Below, piece after piece: positions 27,990-38,700 of a stretch of DNA of 45,458 bases. This stretch comes from Clostridia bacterium. Its GTDB lineage: Bacteria; Bacillota; Clostridia; UMGS1840. The notes beneath the pieces are model-generated. The model had not been told where the DNA came from, did no database searches, and was given only the letters and a program-made list of their open reading frames with translations. Position 1 is the first letter of the stretch; each line of letters begins with the position of its first letter. Made by a program: the position numbers and the translations under genes. The stretch spans positions 1-45,458 of the forward strand of contig JAZNNT010000004.1 in NCBI GenBank assembly GCA_045580405.1. The letters are read 5' to 3'.

Positions 27990-28904
27990 ATGTCCTTTAC
28001 AGGAGAAATCAAACGGGAGCTTAGCGGTGCAATGCCCAAAAGAGCCTGTTGCGAGCTGGCATCTCTTGCCACCTTATATGCCATGCTCAGCGAAGAGAAG
28101 CGGAGCGAAATTCATTTAAAAACTGAAAATATTACCATTGCCAGACGAATTATTATTTTATCCCGAAAGCTGTTGGGACTGGATTTAAAGCCGGATATCC
28201 GTTCAGCTTCCTCCAAAAGCAGAAAGCAGATTCATCTGGTGGTATCCGGAAAAGAAAATATTGAAATCCTAAAACAAGAGCTTCATATGATTTCCGAAAA
28301 GGCAAATATTTTTTCCTCACGGATTGATCCTTCCTTTTCGGTGTCGGACTGTTGCAAACGGACGGTTTTGCAGACTGCATTTTTGGCATCAGGGTTTGTA
28401 AACAGCCCGAAAAAATCCTATCATTTAGAGATTGTTACCCATAAAAAACGGGTATTTACCGATATTTTAAACATTTTTGAAGAGGTGGGCATTGAAGCAA
28501 AGTCTATTACCCGCCAAAACAAGTATGTGATTTATTTAAAAAATAATGAACTGATTTGTGACTTTTTAGGCATGATTGGCGTGAAACGGGGACTGTTCCT
28601 CTATCATGAAATCAAGATGGAAAAGGAATTAAAAAACGGCATCAACCGTCAGATGAACTGCGAAAGTGCCAACGAAAACAAGACCATCAATACCGCACTC
28701 TTACAGACCCAGGCCATTTTGAAAATTATGAAAAGTGCCGTGGCGGATACCTTATCCGAGCCGTTAAAGGAAACCATGAAGCTAAGGCTTTCCTATCCCA
28801 CCATGTCATTATCGGAATTGTGCGAAGTTTCCGAAACCAAAATTACCAAATCGGGGCTGAATCACAGACTGAATAAACTCCTTCAGATTGCTGAAAACTT
28901 GTAA
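27990..28904 (+). CDS. whiA: DNA-binding protein WhiA
   Basis: MSFTGEIKRELS..., a LAGLIDADG-like middle region and a C-terminal HTH (LSELCEVSETKITKSGLNHRLNKL). Confidence 0.9.
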   Translation: MSFTGEIKRELSGAMPKRACCELASLATLYAMLSEEKRSEIHLKTENITIARRIIILSRKLLGLDLKPDIRSASSKSRKQIHLVVSGKENIEILKQELHMISEKANIFSSRIDPSFSVSDCCKRTVLQTAFLASGFVNSPKKSYHLEIVTHKKRVFTDILNIFEEVGIEAKSITRQNKYVIYLKNNELICDFLGMIGVKRGLFLYHEIKMEKELKNGINRQMNCESANENKTINTALLQTQAILKIMKSAVADTLSEPLKETMKLRLSYPTMSLSELCEVSETKITKSGLNHRLNKLLQIAENL

Positions 28905-28930
28905 CCTCATCCCAAAGAAAGGAACCTGTT

Positions 28931-31900
28931 ATGGATTTTTGTCATTTGCATGTCCATACCGAATACAGTCTCCTGGACGGCTTATGTCGCATTCGGGAGT
29001 TAGTTTCCCATGCCAAAAACCTGGGGCAAACTGCCCTTGCCATTACCGATCACGGCGCCCTGTACGGTGCTATGGAATTTTATAAGGAGTGCCGGGCGCA
29101 AGGAGTAAAACCCATCATCGGTTGTGAGTTTTATGTGGCACCCTCCGATATGACAGATAAATCTGCTCCCGGTTACTATCATCTGGTTCTTTTGGCAAAA
29201 AACGAAACAGGTCTTCGCAATTTATACAAGCTTTCCACCGAAAGCTACCAAAAAGGCTTTTACTATAAACCCAGAATTGATAAAAATATTTTAGCAAAGC
29301 ACGCCGAGGGGTTAATCTGCCTGTCGGGTTGTATTGCGGGAGAGCTTTCCCAAAAAATCTTAGCGGAAGATTTTTTGGGTGCCAAAGAAACCGCTTTGTC
29401 TTACCAAAAAATATTTGCTCCGGGGGATTACTATATCGAAGTGCATAACCACAATCTTCCGGAAGAAAAAATTGTGATGCCAAAGCTTCTGGCATTGTCA
29501 AAAGAGCTTTCGATTCCTGCCGTTTGTGCTAATGACGTGCATTATATCGAAAAGACAGACCACGATATTCAGGATGTGTTAATGTGCATCCAGATGCAGC
29601 GTCAGGTTTCAGAGGAAGACAGAATCCGTTTTGAAACCCGTGAATTTTACTTAAAATCCTACGAGCAAATGGCGGAAATTTTTCCCGAAGAACTTCTTAA
29701 AAACACCTTAGAAATTGCAGAAAAATGCAATCTGGAAATTCCCTTTGGAGAATTTCGTTTTCCCAAATATCCTGCTCCCAAAAAACCGGAAACTTATCTG
29801 AGGGAGCTTTGCTATCACGGACTTTGTGCCAAGTACGAAACCGTAACAGACGAATTAAAACAGCGGTTGGAGTATGAGCTTAAAACTATTATTTCCATGG
29901 GCTTTTGCGACTACTTCTTAATCGTTTGGGACTTTGTTGCCTACGCCAAGGGAAAAGGGATTCCCGTAGGTCCCGGCAGAGGCTCTGCTGCTGGAAGCCT
30001 GGTTGCCTATTGTTTAAATATCACCACCGTGGACCCCATTCGTTACGGCTTGGTGTTTGAACGGTTTTTAAATAAAGAACGGGTAAGTATGCCCGATATT
30101 GATATTGACTTTTGTAACGAACGCCGTGGGGAAGTCATCGACTATGTGATTTCCAAATACGGTGCCGACCGAGTGGCGCAGATTGTGGCGTTTGGTACCA
30201 TGAAGGCGAGAGCTGCGGTCAAAGACGTGGCGCGTGCCACGGGGATTCCTTACTATTTGGCGGATGAAATCACCAAGGAGCTTTCCCGTTGCCGAGTGCC
30301 GAATATCACCCTGGATGAAGCGATGAACCGCAAGGATAACCGCTTAAGAGAGCTTTACGAGGAAAATCCCGATATTAAAAAATTGATTGATACCTCCCGC
30401 AAATTGGAAGGTCATATCCGTCATACCACCGTCCATGCAGCAGGAGTGTTGATTACGGGGGAACCTGCGGTAAATCTGGTACCGCTGTGTAACGTCACCG
30501 ATGCCACTGCTACCCAGTATGAAATGGCGCATTTAGAATCCCTGGGCCTTTTGAAAATGGACTTTTTAGGGCTTCGTAATTTAACGGTGATTGAGGATAC
30601 CGTCACCGCCATTTACCGTCAGACGGGGAACCGGCTTATGTTAACCCGACTGGAATATGACGATCCCAAGGTTTATGATTTGCTGTCAAACGGAGATACC
30701 GACGGGGTATTTCAGCTGGAATCCTCCGGGATGAAAAACTTCTTAAAAGACTTTCGTCCCCGCACCTTTGAGGATGTGATTGCGGCAATTTCTTTGTACC
30801 GTCCCGGCCCTGCCAAAAAAATTCCCGAATTTATCCGGAACAAAGAGAACCCCAACCTCGTCCAATATAAATGCCAAGAGTTGGAACCGATTTTATCGGT
30901 GACATACGGCTGCATTGTGTATCAGGAGCAGGTGATGGAGATATTCCGTCAGCTTGCCGGCTATTCTTTGGGGCAGGCAGATATTATTCGTCGTGCCATT
31001 TCCAAAAAGAAGGCAGATGTTCTGCTCAGAGAAAAAGAAAAATTTGTGGCAGGATGCCAAAAAAACGGCATTGACCCTGCTGTGGCAGATGGAATTTTCC
31101 GAGAAATTGAAGATTTTGCATCCTATGCTTTCAACAAGTCTCACGCTGCTTGTTATTCCGTGCTGGCGTATCAGACAGCTTACTTAAAATGCTATTATCC
31201 TGCCCATTTTTATGCGGCACTTCTTACCTCCTATATGGCGTTTACCGAAAAGGTTGCCTATTATATCCAGTCCGCCAGAGAGCGGGGGATTCGGGTGTTG
31301 GCTCCTGACATCAATTCGGGAAATGTGACCTTCACCGTGAAAAACGGAGATATTGTTTTTGGATTGACTGCTATCAAAGGCATCGGCAAACAACTGGCAG
31401 AAGCCATTGTCACCGTGCGGGAAACCGGGGGCGACTATCAGGGGTTGGAAGATTTCATTAAACGCCTGCAGGGAAAACAGCTCAACAAAAAAGCTATGGA
31501 GGCCCTCATTTTAGCAGGTTGTTTTGATGAGTTTGGCAAACGAAGCGAGCTGCTTTTGGCTTACGAACCGCAAATGGATGAACAGTCACACGTTTTACAA
31601 ACCCATGTCAGCGGGCAGCTGGATTTGTTTGGAGCAACTCTTCGGGAGCCATCTTCTAAACCCATCCAAAAAAATCCTAAAAAGAAAGAAGCCTATCAGC
31701 CTACTCCGGACGATTTGAAAATGGAAAAGCAGGTGTTGGGGCTTTATGTTTCCGGACATCCCCTGGAGCAGTTCCAAAAGAAAATCCGTTCCATGGGCGG
31801 AGATCCCATCGTTGCCAGCAAGGAAGCAATGCTGGAGGAAGGTATCACGGAAAAACATATTACGGTGATCGGTGTGATTTCTAATTTGGATATCCGCCGT

Positions 31901-32338
31901 ACCAAGCAAGGTACCCGTATGGCATTCTTTCATTTGGAAGATATGTCGGGCATTGTCAGCTCGATTGCCTTCCCGGATTTATACGGCAAAAATACGGATG
32001 CCATTTTGGAAGACAACATTGTGGTTGCTGACGGAAAACTTACCTTGGAAGGAGAGGATTCCTTCAAATTTATTCTGACGGCACTTCGCCGGTTTTCCAC
32101 GGATTTAACGTATTTAAAGCTTTATCTGCGGTTACCGGAGGAAGCATCCCCCAAAATGGCAGAAGTAAAAAAACTGCTCACCTTCTTTTCGGGGGAAACA
32201 CCTGTGTATGTGTATTTTGAGAAGGAAAAACGGCTTACTGTTGCGCCCAAAAACCTTTGGGTCAGCGAGAATGAAATCTTACTGGAAAAGCTTTCCAATC
32301 TTTTGGGAACAGAAAATGTGAAGCTGGTTTCTGATTAA
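28931..32338 (+). CDS. dnaE: DNA polymerase III alpha subunit
   Basis: 1135 aa. N-terminal PHP (HLHVHTEYSLLDG), polymerase core (PDIDIDF, GLLKMDFLGLRNLT, FNKSHAACYS) and a C-terminal OB domain. Confidence 0.95.
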   Translation: MDFCHLHVHTEYSLLDGLCRIRELVSHAKNLGQTALAITDHGALYGAMEFYKECRAQGVKPIIGCEFYVAPSDMTDKSAPGYYHLVLLAKNETGLRNLYKLSTESYQKGFYYKPRIDKNILAKHAEGLICLSGCIAGELSQKILAEDFLGAKETALSYQKIFAPGDYYIEVHNHNLPEEKIVMPKLLALSKELSIPAVCANDVHYIEKTDHDIQDVLMCIQMQRQVSEEDRIRFETREFYLKSYEQMAEIFPEELLKNTLEIAEKCNLEIPFGEFRFPKYPAPKKPETYLRELCYHGLCAKYETVTDELKQRLEYELKTIISMGFCDYFLIVWDFVAYAKGKGIPVGPGRGSAAGSLVAYCLNITTVDPIRYGLVFERFLNKERVSMPDIDIDFCNERRGEVIDYVISKYGADRVAQIVAFGTMKARAAVKDVARATGIPYYLADEITKELSRCRVPNITLDEAMNRKDNRLRELYEENPDIKKLIDTSRKLEGHIRHTTVHAAGVLITGEPAVNLVPLCNVTDATATQYEMAHLESLGLLKMDFLGLRNLTVIEDTVTAIYRQTGNRLMLTRLEYDDPKVYDLLSNGDTDGVFQLESSGMKNFLKDFRPRTFEDVIAAISLYRPGPAKKIPEFIRNKENPNLVQYKCQELEPILSVTYGCIVYQEQVMEIFRQLAGYSLGQADIIRRAISKKKADVLLREKEKFVAGCQKNGIDPAVADGIFREIEDFASYAFNKSHAACYSVLAYQTAYLKCYYPAHFYAALLTSYMAFTEKVAYYIQSARERGIRVLAPDINSGNVTFTVKNGDIVFGLTAIKGIGKQLAEAIVTVRETGGDYQGLEDFIKRLQGKQLNKKAMEALILAGCFDEFGKRSELLLAYEPQMDEQSHVLQTHVSGQLDLFGATLREPSSKPIQKNPKKKEAYQPTPDDLKMEKQVLGLYVSGHPLEQFQKKIRSMGGDPIVASKEAMLEEGITEKHITVIGVISNLDIRRTKQGTRMAFFHLEDMSGIVSSIAFPDLYGKNTDAILEDNIVVADGKLTLEGEDSFKFILTALRRFSTDLTYLKLYLRLPEEASPKMAEVKKLLTFFSGETPVYVYFEKEKRLTVAPKNLWVSENEILLEKLSNLLGTENVKLVSD

Positions 32339-32343
32339 AAAGG

Positions 32344-32372
32344 TTGACAAATTAAAAAAAGAAAACTATAAT
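32344..32372 (+). promoter_or_regulatory. Sigma-70-type promoter for the lipoprotein gene
   Basis: TTGACA (32344-32349), 17 nt, TATAAT (32367-32372). Confidence 0.6.
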
Positions 32373-32428
32373 AGAATCAAAGGAACAATCAGCATTTTAA
32401 AATGCTTCAAACAGAAAGGATTTTACTT

Positions 32429-32845
32429 ATGAAAAACTGGAAAATCTTAGCACTTTTTATGGCAGTTTTAATCTGTCTGACCGCTTGTGGTACACAAAAT
32501 ACTCCTGCACCCAAAAACCCCGATACCCCCGATGAACCGATTATTGAAATTGTGGCATCTCCGGAACCGGATTCCGGGATTCCTCCGGCAGTTACCGATA
32601 AGGAACCCACCAAAGATGGAGAAACCTATCAGGCAACCGGTATGTATATCGGCATGGCAGACAATAACCTGCTGGTAATCATCGAAGCAAATCCGGAAGA
32701 CGGCAAACCTGAAAAATCTTATCAGATTTCCCCCGAAATTGATTTAGAAGCAATGGGCATCACCGACGGCAGTATGGTAAACATTACCTACACCGTGGAT
32801 GCAAACGGCATCAAACGTGTGCAGAGTATTTCTGTAGCATACTAA
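32429..32845 (+). CDS. Small lipoprotein, unknown function (138 aa)
   Basis: Signal peptide with lipobox: MKNWKILALFMAVLICLTAC|G. Pro/Glu-rich linker. Confidence 0.7.
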   Translation: MKNWKILALFMAVLICLTACGTQNTPAPKNPDTPDEPIIEIVASPEPDSGIPPAVTDKEPTKDGETYQATGMYIGMADNNLLVIIEANPEDGKPEKSYQISPEIDLEAMGITDGSMVNITYTVDANGIKRVQSISVAY

Positions 32846-32850
32846 AAAAG

Positions 32851-32886
32851 AAAATCCCCGCTCTTATTTGGAGCGGGGATTTTTTG
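32851..32886 (+). terminator. Rho-independent terminator
   Basis: AAAATCCCCGCTC-ttatttg-GAGCGGGGATTTT, followed by a T-run. Confidence 0.85.
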
Positions 32887-32950
32887 TTTCCCCGAATGGA
32901 ATAGTTTGGAAAAAGACGGGCAATCCTAATGGCATCAGAATAAAAAGGAA

Positions 32951-33448
32951 GTGCCTTTTTTGGAATATTTTAAAAAAACAGAAGCAAAAGAAGTGAAGGA
33001 ATCCCAAACTGAGCAGGTGCAACTGGTTTTGCCGGAGCATTTAAATCCGTCGGGACGGCTGTTTGGGGGACGATTGCTCTCCTGGATTGATATTGTGGCG
33101 GCTATTACCGCGCGTCGTCATGCAGAAGCTAATGTGACCACTGTCGCCATTGACCGCTTACAATTTCGGGAGGGAGCTTTTTCGGGAGATACGTTAGTCC
33201 TGCGGGGGCGTATCACTTGGGTGGGGAATACCTCCATGGAAGTCCGGGTAGACACCTTTCGGGAGCTTTCAGACGGCAAACGACGGCTCATTAATGTTGC
33301 CTATCTTGTGATGGTTGCCATAGACGATAACCAAAAGCCTGTTTGCGTACCAAAACTTTTTCCAAAAGAACCAACCGAGCAAATGGAGTGGGAAGCGGCA
33401 AAAAAACGGATGGAGCTACGCTATGAACGGCGGATTTTGGGTTACTAA
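32951..33448 (+). CDS. Acyl-CoA thioesterase (hotdog fold, YciA-like)
   Basis: [27 protein letters not shown]...GNTSMEV. The start is uncertain (GTG 32951 or TTG 32960). Confidence 0.75.
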   Translation: MPFLEYFKKTEAKEVKESQTEQVQLVLPEHLNPSGRLFGGRLLSWIDIVAAITARRHAEANVTTVAIDRLQFREGAFSGDTLVLRGRITWVGNTSMEVRVDTFRELSDGKRRLINVAYLVMVAIDDNQKPVCVPKLFPKEPTEQMEWEAAKKRMELRYERRILGY

Positions 33449-33501
33449 GGGGAAAAATCTTCCAAAAATGGTTCAAACGGGAAAAAATATTAAAAAATGA
33501 C

Positions 33502-33530
33502 TTGCAATTTCGGAAGACCTTTGCTATAAT
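33502..33530 (+). promoter_or_regulatory. Sigma-70-type promoter for efp
   Basis: TTGCAA (33502-33507), 17 nt, TGcTATAAT (33522-33530). Confidence 0.6.
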
Positions 33531-33600
33531 ATACTTGTTATATTGTAATATAATCAGAACTATAAACGGAATTTATTTCCGACCGAGAGGAGAATTTACT

Positions 33601-34158
33601 ATGGTAGGAGCTGGCGATTTCAGAAACGGCGTTACCTTTGAAGAAGACGGAAACATTTATCAGGTTGTTGAATTTCAGCATGTAAAACCCGGGAAAGGTG
33701 CGGCGTTCGTTAGAACCAAAATCAAAAATATTATCACCGGTTCTGTAGTTGAAAAAACCTACAGACCCACCGATAAATTCCCGAAAGCTCATATCGAAAG
33801 AAAAGATATGCAGTATTCTTACAACGACGGTGACCTGTATTACTTTATGGACCAGGAAACCTTCGACATGATTCCCATCAATGCAAGTCAGGTGGGTGAC
33901 GCATTAAAATTTGTAAAAGAAAACGAATGTGTTAAAATCTTATCTCACAACGGTAACGTGTTCGGTATTGAACCCCCGAACTTTGTAGAATTGGAAGTTA
34001 CCGAAACCGAACCCGGTTTAGCCGGCAACACCGCTCAGGGTGCAACCAAACCTGCAACCTTAGAAACCGGTGCAACCATCAACGTGCCGCTGTTTATCAA
34101 CATTGGCGACGTTTTAAGAATCGACACCAGAGACGGAAGCTACATGGAAAGAGCGTAA
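33601..34158 (+). CDS. efp: Elongation factor P
   Basis: [37 protein letters not shown]. 185 aa. GAGAGGAG RBS. The ORF-track start at 33502 is actually the -35 box. Confidence 0.95.
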   Translation: MVGAGDFRNGVTFEEDGNIYQVVEFQHVKPGKGAAFVRTKIKNIITGSVVEKTYRPTDKFPKAHIERKDMQYSYNDGDLYYFMDQETFDMIPINASQVGDALKFVKENECVKILSHNGNVFGIEPPNFVELEVTETEPGLAGNTAQGATKPATLETGATINVPLFINIGDVLRIDTRDGSYMERA

Positions 34159-34208
34159 GCTGTTTTGTCAGAGTCATCCTGTTTTTGCAAAACGGTTAAG
34201 TTTTGTTT

Positions 34209-34291
34209 GTCATTCCGAGGGGATTTTCCCGAGGAATCTTAAATCGCAACGGATGAGATTCTTCTCTTCGCTTTGCCTCGCTCAGGATGAC
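34209..34291. repeat. ~83-bp element bounded by imperfect inverted repeats
   Basis: GTCATTCCGAGG (34209-34220) versus CCTCGCTCAGGATGAC (34276-34291). Inner hairpin GAATCT...AGATTC. A related GTCATCCTG lies at ~34175. Confidence 0.5.
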
Positions 34292-34334
34292 GGTTACCGT
34301 GCTTGTATCCGTATGATTTGAAAGGAGAATTCCC

Positions 34335-34766
34335 ATGGAAAATATCGGCGAAAAAATCGCTTACTTAAAAGGCCTGGCAGAAGGCTTAAAAGTGGATGAA
34401 TCCACAAACGAAGGCAAAATCATCAAAGGCATCTTAGATGTTTTAGCTGAAATGAATGAATACATTGAAGAAATCGATGACGATTTGGCAATGGTACAGG
34501 AAGAAATGGACAATATGTCTGACGATTTGGCAGACGTGGAAGACATCGTGTTTGAAGATGACGAAGACGATTGTGACTGCGACTGTGATTGTGACGATGA
34601 AGATGTTTATGAAATCACCTGTCCCAACTGCGGCGAAGAAGTTTATGTTGACGGTGAAACCTTAGAAACCGAAGACATTTTCTGTCCTTCCTGCCGTCAG
34701 CAGATTGAACTGGATCTGCCTGAAGGCTGTGACTGTGGCTGCGATTGCGACTGTGATTGCGAATAA
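34335..34766 (+). CDS. Acidic zinc-ribbon protein with (Cys-Asp)n tracts (143 aa)
   Basis: Highly acidic. DDCDCDCDCDD, CPNCG...CPSC (Cys4 ribbon), and a C-terminal CDCGCDCDCDCE. GGAGAA RBS. Confidence 0.75.
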   Translation: MENIGEKIAYLKGLAEGLKVDESTNEGKIIKGILDVLAEMNEYIEEIDDDLAMVQEEMDNMSDDLADVEDIVFEDDEDDCDCDCDCDDEDVYEITCPNCGEEVYVDGETLETEDIFCPSCRQQIELDLPEGCDCGCDCDCDCE

Positions 34767-34879
34767 TCAAAAAAGCAGAAAATACCGTTTGCAAAAATGC
34801 AAGCGGTATTTTTTTGCAATTTTTTTCATAAAGAATCCTTCCTGCCGTTTCACAATGCAAAAAAATTTAAAAAAGGGGA

Positions 34880-34908
34880 TTGACAAATCTTGGTTTTAGT
34901 GCTATGCT
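34880..34908 (+). promoter_or_regulatory. Sigma-70-type promoter for tetR and the giant surface protein gene
   Basis: TTGACA (34880-34885), 17 nt, TGcTATGCT (34900-34908). Confidence 0.55.
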
Positions 34909-34969
34909 GTACTTGTACGAAGCAAGTAATAAACATGTACACTACCATAATATCGGAGGTAACATCCGT

Positions 34970-35665
34970 ATGATTAATAAAATTTTAGAACGGCATAATC
35001 GGTTATATCCTCTTTCAGAAACGGAAATTCAGATTCTAAAGGGGGCGGCAGGTTTGTTTTTGGAAAAAGGATTTTCCAAAACAACCCACCGTATGATTTC
35101 TGCCGAAACAGGCATCGGGCTCGGCACCATCACATATCATTTTAAAGCCAAGGAAGATATGCTCCAGATATTATTGGAAGCAATTATGGATTATCATCTG
35201 GATGTGATTGAACGGGCTTTTTCGGAAACGAAGGATGCGTTATTCTCCTATGCGCTGGAGATTGCCATGCAGATTGATATTTGCGAAAACCATCCCACCG
35301 CAAGGGATTTGTATTACGAAGCATACAGCCATCCCACCACCTTCCGTTATATCAAGGAGTGGTCGGCAAAGAAAAACTATATGCTCCTAAAAGGCGTGCT
35401 CCCCACCCTTTCGGAAAGTGATTTCATCGCTTTGGAGAATGTCCAGAGTGCAATTGAGTGGTCGGCTTTTTCCTTCCTCTGTGACCGTTTTTCCAGCTTG
35501 GACGACAAAATATCCATCATTTTGGATTCAATGCTGAAGGTTTACGGAGTGTCTGAGGAGCTTCGCAAACAAACCATTGATAAAATCATCAGATTGGATT
35601 ATAAAGCAGTCAGCGAGGAAATTTTTGATAAATTTCAGGAAAGAATCGGCAAAAAAGACGAGTGA
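34970..35665 (+). CDS. TetR/AcrR-family transcriptional regulator
   Basis: The N-terminal HTH region ILKGAAGLFLEKGFSKTTHRMISAETGIGLGTITYHFKAKEDML. GGAGG RBS before ATG 34970. Confidence 0.8.
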   Translation: MINKILERHNRLYPLSETEIQILKGAAGLFLEKGFSKTTHRMISAETGIGLGTITYHFKAKEDMLQILLEAIMDYHLDVIERAFSETKDALFSYALEIAMQIDICENHPTARDLYYEAYSHPTTFRYIKEWSAKKNYMLLKGVLPTLSESDFIALENVQSAIEWSAFSFLCDRFSSLDDKISIILDSMLKVYGVSEELRKQTIDKIIRLDYKAVSEEIFDKFQERIGKKDE

Positions 35666-35710
35666 GAGTTCATTCACACCATCTGATTTACGATAAAGGA
35701 GGAAAACACT

Positions 35711-38700
35711 ATGAAAAAACAACTTGTATCCATTTTATTGGTACTGGCAATGCTGGCATCTGTGTTACCTCTGCAAATTTTAGCAGCGGTACCCCAAAAT
35801 CAGCGTCCGTCCAATCCTGCAACCAACTTAGTAATCGGAATTTTAAACGATGAAAATGCAGACGGTGACGGAGAGTTCCCCAACGAACCCTCGGTAACCG
35901 GTTACGATTATTATTATCTGCAGAGCAATTTAAGCTTATCCACAAGCTTCTGGTCTGCAAATTTCACCTCCAACGGTGCCGGTAACTACATTAACACCGC
36001 GAATTTCTGGAACGATGAACGAATCGTGAGAAATGCTGCAGGAAATGCTTTCGGTTACTATAATCCCGAGGGCTTGGATCTGGCAAACGATCCCTTCTTC
36101 CAGGATGGGTTGGAAACCGTTATCAACGAGCAGACCATTATCGAGAACTGGATTGCCAGAGAAAACCTCTCCGGTGTTTCGGCATCCGATTACCGCCTGC
36201 TGTTTTATGTGTTAAAATATGAAACCGGCTCCACTTCGGGCTATCATCTGGATGCCAAGGTGGTGAAGAAAAACAATGTGGTGTTAAGTTATGACGCCAA
36301 CAAACCTGCAGGCGTTACTGCAGATATCGTGCTTCCCTCCAGCCATTCCGTTCCTGTGAATACCAATGTTACGGTGGAGGAGCTGAACAGTCGTTATCAT
36401 TTGATTTCCGACGGTGATACCAGTTATCAGTTTACCGGCTGGAAAGATGCTTCCGGCAACAGCTACCCTGCAGGAACCACCTTTGCACTTGCGGCATCCA
36501 CCGTGTTGTATGCACAATGGAAACCCATCAACAAATACACAGTGCAATGGCTCAATTACAATGATGCGCTTTTATACGAACAACTCTACGACCACGGTGA
36601 TGCTCATGACGAAGTGAACGACTATTCGGGAGAAGCTCCCCAAAGACCTGCCGATTCCCATTATACATACACCTTCAGCGGATGGGAATTGATAACAGGT
36701 ACTTACAACAGTGCAAACGGTATTACCGAGGATTTAACCTATCGCGCAACCTATGATGCCACTGCCATCACCTTTACCGCAACCGTTCAGGTTGTGCTAA
36801 ACGGCACCTTTGATACCAACGGTAATCCGGATTCTTCCGACCCCGGCACCTTAATTGATATTGAGGATGTGGCAGATTCCGATGGCAATCTGTATTTAAA
36901 GAAAGCAGACGGCACGGGAGAATATGTTTTGTTAACCAAAACCGGAACCGGTATCTATCAGAATGACACAATGGCAAACGGTGATTATCTGGTATACCGT
37001 TATGACGGCACCGCTTATCATCAGATTGGCACCCAGGAATTAACCATCGCCAATGCAGACCGTATCCGTTATCTGCCCTTCTACAGCGTGGAGTATTTTG
37101 ACGGTGTGTCCGCTGTTCCCATTGAAACTCAGTATTACTATATCGGTTCTTCCGTGAATGTTTCCGAAAATGTTCCCACCCAAAGCGGTTATGCTTTTGT
37201 GGAGTGGCAGGATGAGCAAGACAATTCTTATCAGCCGGGCACACCCCATCTGTCGGTTGAGCTTACCGACAGTATCGTGAAAGCATACGAGCTGACGGCA
37301 CAGTGGGAAAATGCAAAATCCGTGAAAGTTACCGTGGTGGTGAACCATAACGGTAGAACTCACGGCGAAATTGACGAAGAATTACGGATTCAGCTAACCC
37401 GCAAAAACTCAGAAAACAACTATATTGAAGTAAACGGTGCAGCAGCCGCTGCCGCTTATGACAAAGCAGATTGGTACGATGGCGGAACCACCTCCGGCGA
37501 TGTGACTACCTATGAAGCAGGCATTGTATTTACCGATTTAGACCCGGATTACGCATACGGCGCTCACGCCTTTATCGAGGGGTATCATGTGGATACCACA
37601 CAGGGTACCAACGGATTAACCATCACGGAAAACGGCGATGAGTATGAAGTGACTGTGTATCTGATTTACAACCCGGACGGCTACGAGCTGGAATTTACCG
37701 TAGAAGTAAAAGACACCGTGGCAGACCGATTGGTACCTGTTGCGGCAGATATTCAGGTTACCCGTTGGAACGGCAGCGAATGGGCGGTTATTCCCGAGCA
37801 TGAAGGTCAGTCTGTGGAAGTGACCATTGATCCTGCAACCCGTCAGGGTACGGGCAAGGTGCAGGTATGGGGCTTTGACGGAAGCAACCCCTATCTCTAT
37901 CGTATCCATGTGATTGGGGTGGATTTAGGCGACTATCAGCTGGCGCTCTCTGGCACCGACAATGAAACCTACACCTCCCTGACCAACGCCATCTTCCCCA
38001 TGGGTGCATACGATGCGGTTGTTACCGTGGATGCAGACCTTTCGGAAGGCGGTCTGGCAGGTGCTCACGCAGTGCAAAACGGCGGCAGCTTAGAGCATCA
38101 CGGCACCATTCTTGCCACCATTGATGCTTATCCCTATACCATTTCTTTAGACCCCAACGGCGGTCATTGGAACGACGATTCCAGCGCACCCCAAACCATC
38201 GAAAACAGATTCAGCGTTCCCGATATTTCCGGCTATATTCCCCGACAGGACGGCTACACCTTTGAGGGATGGTATCTGGCAGACGAAACCACTACCGTGG
38301 CACAGGGTGATGCAATCAGCGATTATGTTTCTACGCCGGGCGGCACCTTAGAGCTGTTCGCAAAATGGAAACCTGATATCACCGTAAAAGGTGATGTGGT
38401 GGTAGGTATCAACTTCCCCTGCACCGACGACAGCCGCACCGTATTGGTGGCGCTTCAGATGTGGAAGGAAGGCGGTTCCTACGATGTAACCGTGGCAACA
38501 GAAATCGTGACCATTACTCCCATAGCAGGTCAGCCCTATGCAGTGGGCTCCTACGAATTTGACAATGTTCCCGCACAGAATCATTATCGTGTGGCGGCAA
38601 TTGTTCCCGTGGGTTCCGGCGATGTGCTTTACCAGAATGAAACCACCGTTTTAGCAGACGGTAATATCTATAACGAACTCAATTATCAGGCGACCGATTA

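Noticed and set aside
34566-34766. TGYGAY hexanucleotide tracts considered as a CRISPR-like or microsatellite array
   Set aside because: The tracts are in frame and code for Cys-Asp. The repeats are short and imperfect, with no spacers. This is not a CRISPR array. I reported it only as a protein-level oddity.
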